A DNA stretch of 63,961 nt, counting the filler, from Stramenopiles sp. TOSAG23-2 (taxonomy: Eukaryota): assembly GCA_900128395.1 (NCBI GenBank). It is 3 parts of 3 records of this genome, joined end to end, with 100 filler letters (N's around TTAATTAATTAA, not from the genome) between each part and the next. Parts side by side here need not be neighbours in the genome. Positions count along the whole stretch, not along the records: positions 22,328 to 44,551 come from LT649518.1; 2 more parts are not named here. The stretch is one strand, 5' to 3'. Shown here piece after piece: positions 22,336 through 34,300 of the stretch. The position numbers and the translations under genes were made by a program. The stretch's first letter is position 1; the number at the start of each line of letters is the position of its first letter. The notes below the pieces were generated by a model. It made no database searches. It was given only the letters and a program-made list of their open reading frames with translations, and was not told the origin of the DNA.

Positions 22336-25300
22336 GTGAGGGTAACCGATGACGGTAACGGTCGCCTAAGCGATGAAAATTCTGTAATCATTCAAGTCTT
22401 GCAGAGTAATATGCGACCAACTATATATAATCAAACCATTTATATTCGTGAAAATCGATATTGGTACCGAAAAGTTGGACAACCTATACAAGCGTCTGAT
22501 CCAGATACAAATCCTGTCCAACGGCTAAAATTCAGAATAGAAAAAGGAAATGAAGATCGTTGTTTTAGTATTGATGCGTATAGTGGTCAGATTCGTGTTA
22601 GGTATATGCGATGGTGGTATCGATTTAAAAAGTGCATCAACCATGAAAACGTTAAAGATTGGATGAAAACTGCTTCTGATCGCCCTGAAAGTGCCACTGG
22701 GCAATGGTACCGCTTGCAAGTCTCAGTTACCGATGATGGTGCTGGAAGGATGTCTGATGTGGCATTCATTTACATTGTTGTAGAGGATCGTAATGATAGG
22801 CCGTATTTTGAATCTGATTCTTACCAATGGTCCATAGATGTCCCAGAGGATATGAAGGTCGGAGATTACCTAACAACGTCATGGGTCCCTCGCGATGAAG
22901 ACACTGGAAGCGTTCTAACTGCAAAATCACACTATTGGTGGGATAGACACTGGACGGTGGACAGTACAGTGAAGCTCGGAGAGCCAATGAAGATTTATTT
23001 AGCCCAAGAATTAGATTTTGAACAGGAGAGCTGGTCATGGTTTTGGATAGAGGTGAGAGATAATGGAGTTGCTGGGGATAGACAATCCAAGTCTGGTTGG
23101 TTTGGCTTGAGTGTTCGGATTCTTGATGTTAACGAGCCCCCGATACCAACCGATTTGCATTTTACTGTAAGCGAGGACGCAACAATCGGATCTTTAATTG
23201 GGCGGCCATTGGAAGCAAAGGATCCAGATAAGGACCAATCTGAGACCTTAAGCTTCAACATAGATCGTGAAAATTGCTTTTCGCGGAATACAGGTCCAGT
23301 TAAGCGCTATGTAGCATTTCCGCCAGTATTTCGGGAAATTTCACAACACAGGCTTACATTGAAAGTCATTGCGCAGCACTCCGTCCATATTTTAATGTAT
23401 AATACTGGCAAAAACTCGGTCGAGATAGTATATGGTGCAAAACACAATACAATTTCAAAAATACAAAAATGTAAAAAAGTACAATTAATTGGCTCAGAAA
23501 TAAAGACTTCAGCATGTGAGGAACTTGTTTCAAAAAGTTCTGTTTCAATATTATCAACGAACGATTTTACCGATATTTGGGTTCATTACGATGCTTCCAC
23601 GGGAACCGTGTCTACAGGTACAGGTACAATAAACACAGAAAATACATTTATGAAAGTGGAAGGATTTGCTGCTCAAACTTTCTCAAAATATGCCGTTTCT
23701 ACTGGGTATGGAACCACTGGTAAATTCCGCAACGTGTGTTTGCCACAAGAAAGCAAACATGATGCTAATGTGTTTACTTTGAGGCCGGGTCAGAAACAAG
23801 CAGAGTATATAATTTCTCTGAAAAAAAAAGTGTTAGATTATGAATCGCGATCTTCTTATGGTATTAAAATACGTATTACTGACACTGGAATGCCGCCATT
23901 ATCGGCTTATGGAAACGTTAGAATTGATGTTTTGGATGCAAACGATGCCCCTGTCTTTGGTGCTAGCTTGCCTCCTAGTTCTCCTGCACCTGCTACTCGT
24001 TTAGGATGCTATAGGCAGAAACGGTATAATGTTTGGGGGGCGCGTTTGGATTCAAATGGTGCATTAATGCCATACAATAGCTGGTGGTACTTCCAAAATG
24101 AGGATGATTTTACATATATTGCAACTTCAGTAGGCGCTGATGTAAATGAATGTGAAACAATCTGTCATAGTTCTGGGTACAAATATTTTGCGTTGCAATG
24201 GTGGGGAAAATGCTTCTGTGGAAACTCCTACGGTAGATTTGGAGAAAAATACTATCCAAACGGTTGCAAATATCCAACAAATGATAATTACTTTGGTTGG
24301 TTAGATCAAAATGTGGTGTATAAAATTAGTCCGCGGGTCCCGACTGTTAATCGTTTATTAACGGCATCTGTCAAAGCGGATGCTCAAGTTCAATTATCAG
24401 CCAGTGTCACATTACATAATGGAAATTATATTGGCAACGGAAATTTCAATAACGGGAGACCCTTGTTTAATTCCAATACATCGAAATTAAAAGGCAATAT
24501 ATTTAATATTGTAGAAGTTTCTGATGGTCCAGAGAACTCAAATGCCCATGTCCTACAAATATCAGCATCCAGTGGGTCGTCGTCGGATGCATATCTCGTA
24601 GAAAATACTAAAATGAAATGCGGCAATGGTAAATACATTATCAGTGGATGGGTTAGATGTACATCAAGTTTCGATGGTACTAAAGAATTGCTAGAAACGT
24701 CATTTTTTGGAGATAACGATGTTTTAGTAGGTTCATCAACAGGTATTTTTCCATCCACATGCGACAATAGTTGGACAAAAGTAACAACAACATTTGATAG
24801 CGGCACTCTTGCAATATGTAAATTTGAAGTTACGGTTGCTAAATATTTAGGTCATGAAAACGGATTAGTCGAAATAACAGGCTTAGAAGTAAGGCCACAG
24901 TCAATAGCTTATGACGCAGAAATACGCGACTTGAGCACAAATGGAAAAGTATTCGGTGACACGCTTACCCATCGATATGCTTCGATACCATCGACATTAG
25001 GAGGAGCAAAAATACTTCATATGTCAGGTACAAGTGGAGAAGTAGGAGGAGAAGTTTTAACTTTGAAATTGAACTCGGATGCAACAGTATATGTAGCAGT
25101 ATCAAATGGAGAAAATCGTGGTTTAGGATTAAGCAAAAGTCTTGTTAACGATGGTTGGGTAAAAGAGACGGGTCATATGACATGGATGGAAATGGACCGT
25201 GAAATGTCAGTTTCATTATTTTCTAAAAAGACGAACAAAGATTTTACTGTAGAATTGCCGGAAACAGAGACGGAATGCAAATGGATAGAAGGTCCTACAG

Positions 25301-28300
25301 GCAGTGACGCAAATATTTTGTGCAGCGATGGTACAACGTGTTCAGGTAATAATATTGTAGGCGAATCAAGTCAGTGTTGTAAGAATAATGGAGGCATTGC
25401 ACGTTGTAACGCGGAGTATCCTGCCATGTGTGCAACACCTATGCAATGCGTAAAAGGGACTGATTATTGTTGTAACACTGTTGAATTGTGCAAGGCAAAC
25501 TATGGTGGATTGCGACAATGTCGTGGATACGACTATAGTATTATTATTCAACGTAAAGAAGTTAAAAATATTGAAACATGTGGTCTTAAATTTATTTCTG
25601 ATGCACAACAGCCAACGACGTTAGAACCCACTCAACATCTTGCTACGTGGAATTGTGATGGAGAAGCATCGACATTATATCTGGAAGGTAATCAAGTTTA
25701 TGCAAATATTAACGAGGCAAAGTGTGGTTTAAAAATTGGCAAAAATGGCAATGGTGCAACCTATGTTGACTCAGACGATTCTAGAAATGCAGTTTTTGAT
25801 TGCAATGGCGAGGCAGACACGATCAAATATGAAGAGGGTCGTGTATTTGCCACATCTGAAGGCACCACATGTGCCCTTAATTTTCATACCACAAAAGGTT
25901 CTACAAGTGTACTTCAACCAAACGAACGACTAGCGTTGTGGAAATGTAATATTCCATTGGAAAACCTTGCATATGACGAAATTTACGATGTAGACTTAAA
26001 CAAAAGATGGATACAATGGGGTTTTAATGGCTATAGATATAGAGCATGGAGCGGAAAATTAAAAGACGATTATGGATTTTGGATGTCTAGCTACAACCAG
26101 TATCGAACAACAACTGATCGACAAATATATTACCTCGATTTAGGTTCCGTCAAAGAAGTAGTTGGAGTAGCACTATTGCCGCATAGTAGACGAAGAAACT
26201 ACTTTATTAAGAACATTAAAATTGTTACGAAGAAGCATTTAAATGACCCATGGGCATTCGTTGATAATGGTCGTCAATTTCAGGTAATGAGCAAATGGCA
26301 AAAACAGGTTATTCGAATCATGTTAAAATACAATATCAATGCTAGATATGTCGGTGTAATACCATTAGCATGGAATAGATATCCAGTATTGCGCATGGGT
26401 GTGATTGCTATAAAAAGTGACACATATACAAAAATGCAATTTGAAGGGTCAGGGTGTTGCATATTCAGAAGCACTGAAACAACCATGGTCCAGTCAAAAA
26501 TGGCTAATTGGGAGACGTGTATTTTACAATGTAAAAACTCTGATTCATGTGTTGCTGCTGATACCGCAAAGATTTTAGATGCATACACGTGTCGTATGCA
26601 TTATCGCGCAAACCAGCTTATGAATCTCCCAACTGATCTTGAGGTAGGATGTGGAAATTCAAATAATAAAAGGAAATGTTATAGAAAAATGATCAGTGAT
26701 CGATCATATTTTCCACCGACAATTATGACGCAAAATGCAAAATCCGCTAATTCTGTAACAACAACACATTGTGCTTCCGCAGACCATGTATCTACAACTG
26801 CTATATTGAACTGTCCAACTGATATGTATATATCTAGTATTGAATTTGCTAGCTTTGGCGATCCATCTGGTCAATGTAACTCGTACTCTGAAGGAAGCTG
26901 TCATAGCACAACTAGCAGAACTGTTGTAGAAGAAAAATGTTTATTCAAAAAGAGGTGCAACTTACTTGCAAATACGGATAAATTTGGAAATACCTGTTTT
27001 GCTGACACTGGCATTCGCTTAGCAGTACAATTTAATTGTACGACTGAAGCTGTACTTGAGGCTTCATCTTCAAGTGATTGTGAAGGCAAAACTGGGTACG
27101 TAGCATGTTTCAAAACACCAGAAGAGTCTGCAATTGGAACTGAAGTTGGATCGTTGTCTGCCACGGATCCTGACGCTAACGACGAGCTTGCATTTACCAT
27201 TTTGAATGGTAACTTACGCGATGCATTTAGCTTAAATTCAAAATCGGGTAAACTAATGGTCGAAAAAGACTTCCTCAATCATGAAGACTTTTCGACAAAG
27301 GGTGAATACAAAATACAAGTACAAGTACAAGATTCTAGAGGATTATATGCAAGTGGCATGGTCTTAATAGAGATTGAAGATATAAACGAACCGCCTGTCT
27401 TTGAAGAGGCAGGCGTCGTACGTACGGTTCTTGAAAATAGCGCTTCCGGGGTATTAATTGGAGGACCAATTAAGGCGTCTGATCCTGATGACCCAGAGAC
27501 TTTGTTTGGGAAACGCACGTTTAATCTTGTAGATGGCGACTTGTCGCTGTATACTAATATGAGCAAAACAGGGCAGTTAACAGTTACGAAGAAAAATGCA
27601 TCTAGCAATATTGACTTTGAGCAAACGCCAATGCTTCACGGAGAGGTTGAAGTTATTGATGGCGGTGGATTATCGGTTTTCTTGGATATTTCTGTCCGTG
27701 TTATTGATGTAAATGAACCGCCTACGTTTCCATCTGAAATAGTAGTCTGCCATCCTGATTTTGTCTTCGGGGATGATTTGAACGTAAAGATATACACGAG
27801 CACAATCAGACATGCTGACACTTCCCATTATATTCAGCTGCAAACTACATTTAACAATGCTATCACTGAGTATACCACAGATGCGGGGTTTTCCAAAGGG
27901 CAAGAGTACACATTCACATTTGACGCAACATACTGGCCAGAGACCATCAAGATCTCGCTACCAGGGAACGACGGTATCGGAATCTGGAAATTTGTCGTAA
28001 ATGATCAAGTTTTATTTGAAGATCCGAACGGGAAACAAGGTTCGTATCGCCATGGTTTCATAGATACGAATGGCCCCAAGCCATACATGACCCTTAACAT
28101 GTGTCAATATAAATTTTATAAGCAAATCGATGCAGGTATTATGGAGCGCTCAATAAGAGAAAATTCTGCCGAAGCTACAAAAGTTGGTGCTTTAATTGCC
28201 GCTGAGGACAGTGACAATGGACAATCATTGCAGTACAGCATTATTGCAGGAAACGATTTCAACACCTTTCGCATCGTTGCGTGTAATGGGCAAATTGAAG

Positions 28301-31300
28301 TCAACAAGGCAAACCTAAACTTTGAAGTCCAATCACACTTCGATTTACAAGTTCAGGTAATGGATAATGGATTAAATCCGCCATCTCTCTCTGCAACAGT
28401 AAATGTTCGTATAAATGTGCTTGATGTGAATGATCCTCCAACGATAGAAGACCAGTATTTTAGTGTAAGAGAAGGTTCGGCCAACGGGACATTTATTGGA
28501 AATCCATTTATCACCATTGACGAAGATGCAAGTGACACGTACACTTTCATGCTGCTTAACGATGACGACGGTCGATTTAAGTTACATAATGGTGTAAATG
28601 GTACTAGTTTAGTAATCGCTGGAGATGGGGAAATAGATTATGAAACGAGAACTCAACACTCGATAATAGTTGAAGTGACGGACGACGGAAATCTCCCGGC
28701 TTCCATAAGCAGCCAAGCAGAATTTACTATTGAAGTTTTAGATGTGAATGAACCACCTACATTTATGAATACAATTGTAACAATTTCTGAGAATATCAAT
28801 GATGGTGAAATTATACGAAGCACGCTAGATCTTGTAGATGAAGATATAGGGCAAAGCGTCGTTTATTCCGGGGTTAAGATTGCAATTTGTTCCATTTCAG
28901 ATCGTGATAGTAACAGTCCTGAAGATACGTGTGAATGGAGTAACAATGTAACGGTGGGTGACATCTTTGAAGTAGATGCTGAAACAAGTGACTTAACCGT
29001 AAATGATGGCAATCGTTTCGATTACGAAGACTTGATATATTATAAAGTTTTGATACGAGCATCTGACAATGGTATTCCACAGCAATATTCAGATTCTACT
29101 GTCGTTATCATTATTGAGGATTATAATGAAAGCCCGGAAATCTTAAGTGATGTTAGGTTCAATGTAAGTGAAGGAGGCATAAGACCTGCAGAGTACGAAT
29201 CCACCATAGCAGGACTTCCTTCCGGATTAGTTGGTTACTGGGCTTTAGAGGAAACGGAGGGCAGAATATTAGATACAAGTGGGTATGAATCACATGGATA
29301 TTTCTTTGGTCATCGAAAAACTACTGCAGGGGGCAATGACAATGGTATGAGTTATGACTTCACAGAAGGAACTACCATCATCGTCCCGCCGGTAGTTGGA
29401 AGCACACAACTATCGCAAACAGTAATATCATTGTCTGCTTGGATTTATCCACGTAGCTTTGACTTTTCTGGTGATTATGGAGTAATAGCTGGGAAAGAAC
29501 GTGGGTGGTTGATGGGATTGCAAAAAAACACTGGTTATTTCGTATCATCAATTAGCACATCAAACATACCGTCTAGTAACAGCAATACACATTGCTGGAA
29601 ATGGCGAGGCAATCATAAAGTAATGTTAAATCAATGGTCGCATGTTTTGCTATCGTATAATGGCAGTAGTGTGAACCATTACATAAATGGAAACCATGTA
29701 GAGAGCCGGACTTGCTCGGGAAATCTAAATGTGGCCTCCAATCCATTTCACATAGGATCACGAAAGGGATACCCCGCAGTGGAAAACATTGGCACGTCTT
29801 TTTTTGAAGGTCGTATTGATAATGTGATTGTTTTTAACAAGGCATTTTCACAAAACGATGTGAACCAAGTTTATCTACACCAACATGAAGCTTATGGTTT
29901 ACTTACATTAGGTGGTATATCTCATGTAGTGTATGATCAAGATTTTGATGAGATACTGCATTATGAAATCGAAAGGGGTAACGGTAGGGGACATTTTTTT
30001 ATAAACAGCGATAGCGGTCTTGTTTCTGTAAATCAAAAAGTTTTAAAGTTTAACACAGCCAACTTTTATAAAATCGTTATAATAGTGTCTGACAGTAATA
30101 GCAATACGAACTATATTGATCTTTTGGTTGATATCAATGATATCAACGAACCGCCCTTTTTTGGAGAAATCTTGGGGTTTTCAATATCAGAGAACCCAAC
30201 AGCTTATTCCATGATTGGAATAATTAACGCAGAAGACGAAGATCGTGTTGAAAGGCATACATTTAACGTGCAGAGCATTAACGATGAAATCGACAGTAAT
30301 TTATGGGTTTTAGATTTAAACAATATCAATTCAACTAAATCAAACGCTGGAAGTGCCAAATTATTCGTAACCGAATTTGGAGAAAATAATATGAATTATG
30401 AAGCTATCATCAATTCATACAATGTCTCTATTTTGGTGACAGACAAAGGCGGTCTTTCTGCGTCGTGTGTCGTAAGCGTCACAGTAGACGATGTAAATGA
30501 ACCTCCAGCACCGAATAGTACCCATACCTTTTGGACCAGAGAAAACGCAGCTGTAGGTACGTATATTGGGTATCCTATTTCAACCGGTGATCCTGATTAT
30601 TCAGATGCACATGATTATATAATTACTGCATGGTCGACTACTGGAGAGTCCCATAAAAATACCGATTCATCATGGACTTCTCCATTTATGATCCATCAAG
30701 CAACTGGGCAAATGTTTTTAGAAGATATTTCCGTTCTTCCTACGTCAGGTACAGACAAGATTTTTATGTTTGAAATCACGGTGAAAGATATGAATGGTCT
30801 GTTTGAAACGTGCACAGTAACAATAACTGTTGTCAATGTGAATGATGCCCCCGAAATAGAAGATCAAACTTTCCAAGTGCATGAAAATTCCCAGATGGAA
30901 ACTGTTGTAGCAACTATATCGGCTACGGATGGCAACTCAGGTGATGTTTTGAAATACGAGTTTATGCAGGCATTTCCATTTTCTGGAATGCGAACATTCA
31001 ATTTAGATGAAACGACTGGGAAAATTACGGTAGCTGATCTAGCAGCAAATAATGTGACCATTGACCATGAAATATTAACAACTTATTCTTTCCTTGTCTC
31101 CGTTGATGATCAACACTTAACTTACCCTATGTATGATTCGGCCTTGATAACTATTAATGTTACAGATATTAATGAAACTCCAGCTATAGATGGTGAGCAA
31201 ACATTTACAATTGATGAAAATGCAGATGATGACTCAGTGGTTGCTGATGAAATAGATATATTTGATGAAGATGAATTGGAAACATTTACATGGTCATTTG

Positions 31301-34300
31301 TCTCTGCGCCAACTGATTTGCCATTCAAAATTGATAGTTCAACTGGTGAGATTTTAACCGTGACATCGACACAGTTTGGTAGTTTTAAAACTCCTTTTGA
31401 CATTCCAATGGAAGACGAAACGGATAATGATCGGTCAGGTAAAGGATTCATATTGGGTAAATGGAATAGGAACAAGGAATTATCTGGCAATGGCTTTAGT
31501 AACAATTATATGAATTACAAATGGAGTGAAGATAAAGCAACAACAAGTGGTAGAACTTCTGTAATGTCTAGAAGCATGGAAGTTGAAGTTTTACAAGGTT
31601 TTAAATCTTGGAATTGGTTTGGCGGTAAGATAAGCGTTGAAGAGGGGCAAATGTATACTGTAAGTTTGTTTTTAAAATTTGTAGATTCTGTACCTGATTG
31701 TACGAATGATAATTTTGGATTAAAGAAGCATTCCCCAATCGTTGTTAATAGAGATTTTATGAGCGACATTGTCGCGGATCAATGGAAGTACGTCGAGTGG
31801 ACCTTTACGGCTGAGCAAACGACTAACGATGAATTGGTCATTTTCATCATGGATAGTTGCCCTGGTGGGAGCGTAGCTAGGGTAGCGGACATGAATTTCT
31901 ACAATGTTCAAACAAGTCGTGCATTTACTCCTTTGAATTACGAGGTGACCAGGACATATTCAGTTAATGTTAAAGCCATAGATAGTGGTGGGCTTGAATC
32001 AGTTGAAACCATTACAATTAATGTTAATGATATAAACGAGCCTCCAACACTGGAACCCGGAAAGTTTTTTGTGATGGAAAATGCTCCAATTGGGACGTAC
32101 ATAGGCAGTGTCTTAGCCACAGATCCTGACGGAAGCAATATCATAACTTATGAAATGTCGGTCAACGGTCCAAACGATGATTTTGCGGTTGACATATCAT
32201 CAGGTGTAATAACTGTGGCATCACAGACCATTGATTTCGAAATGTTTCCAAACACGTACATTGAAATAACTGCATTTGATTCTGGCACTCCACAGCTCCA
32301 TGATATCAGATCATATGAAGTAGTTGTTATGAATGAGAATGATTTAAACATCAAGTCTATTTCATTATCCTCTGATTTACCCACCTCTATTGGCTCCGAC
32401 GATGTTAGATTGTTGACGGAGGGCAATGAACATGTATACTTTCACGGTGATAATATTGGTAGGGTGTATACTAACGATAATTTTGTCGCTACTTATGGTG
32501 TGACTGGAGTGGAATATATTGCTAAAAATTGTTCTATTATTATACCATATTCGTTAGCTCGGTGTGTGTCTGCTCCAGGTTGCGGTAGTAATCATATATG
32601 GAAATTTGCAGTGCAACCATCATCTGGTGTCGAGTTACAAGAGAAACAACAAGCGTGTGCTGGTGCAGATACTGGATGCATTTTCAACATGTATGCACCA
32701 TATGCCAATAAATATTATGTTTTAACTGATTGGTTGGTGGCATCACAACCGTGGGGTGGTGTAAATAAAGTAAATGGCAAATGCACTATCGATAATGCTA
32801 TAAATAAACATGTATTTAACACAGCCGATCTTGATGATATTCCTGCCCTTCAAGATGGGAGAAAATGGGAGCAATTTGTCGGTAGTAAACAAAAAACGGT
32901 TCAATACGGAGATTATCAAGCTGAAGATTGGGGAAGTGCATGTAGGAGCAAAATGGCAATTGGCGACTTGGATTGTCATTATATTAAAAACGGCTATGAA
33001 AAGGGCAGCTTGGAAAAAATTTACACGTATGTAACTACGCATTTATGTTCTGATAGAGAGCAAGAAGTTGAATTTGGCCTTGGGGCAGATGATGCGTTTG
33101 AACTTTGGATATCAGGAATATCTGTGATTAAAAGAAGCACGTGTCAATCAGTACACAAGGACAATTTCATCTTTTCGCATAAACTAAAACTTGGACATAA
33201 CACGGTTCTTTTAAAAGTCCTAGATTATCACGGAGAAAATGGATTTCTTTTATCTCTCCGAAAAAATTACCCTGGTCTTCACGTCACTTTTGACAAAAAT
33301 GAATGCTTGGCTATGTCACAAACACAAACTTATACTAATGGGGGATATGGAGTGAGTGATATGAAAACGGGCTATGAACAACCTTCTATTGCAAATGTTG
33401 TATTGAAAGGTGCTGGTGGCATTAACACATTGCCAGCAATGAATACCATGGGAGGCGAGAAACTAATTGTTACAGGGTCCAATTTTGGTCCCGTCAGTGA
33501 TGCTGTTGTCGTACATTATGGACCAACAACTATGCCGATGTTGTATAATGCTGAAGACTGTTCTGTCACAGCGGCAAATACGGAGATTCAATGTACAACT
33601 GCACGAGGGGTAAATAGTGGGCACGGTGTTACAATTACAATCGATTCTCAAAAAAGCAAGTACTCTACAGCAACCATTTCATATGGTGCCCCTATTATTT
33701 CGTTAATAACTCCAGATCCAGAATCTGCAGTCGATTTATTAAATCTTCAATCCCGTGGCGGAGAAAAAATCATATTAAATGGAACAAACTTCCCTACCGT
33801 TAACGGTGAAGCTAAAATTGTGGTAACTTATGGTAGTGATAATGGTGAACGATTTGCTGCTAAGAATTGTCAAGTGGTATCGCCAGGTAAAAGCATAACG
33901 TGTATTACAACAGAAGGTTCCGGGAAAAATCATGCTTGGCATATATCAGTTGGTGCATTATCTGCTTCCTCATATTCAGAAGATTTGACATCATATGAGA
34001 AACCTCAAATTAGTGATTTAAGGGGCCCAGGAATTAGGAATGCGAATACGAGAGGGTTGGAAGTTATGTTTTTGCACGGGCACAATTTTTTTGGAAAGGA
34101 AATCAATGTAACATATGGTCCTAGAGGGAATGAATTCATGGCCAGCGATTGCCAAGTTTTTGTTCCACATGAAATAGTCCGTTGCTTAAGTGCTGAGGGA
34201 ACTGGTAGACATTCTATGAAATTTTACAACGACCTCCTTTCCGGTGCACTTTCCGTATACCCATTTGTTATTATTACAACAGTATCCATCTCCCTTGCTT

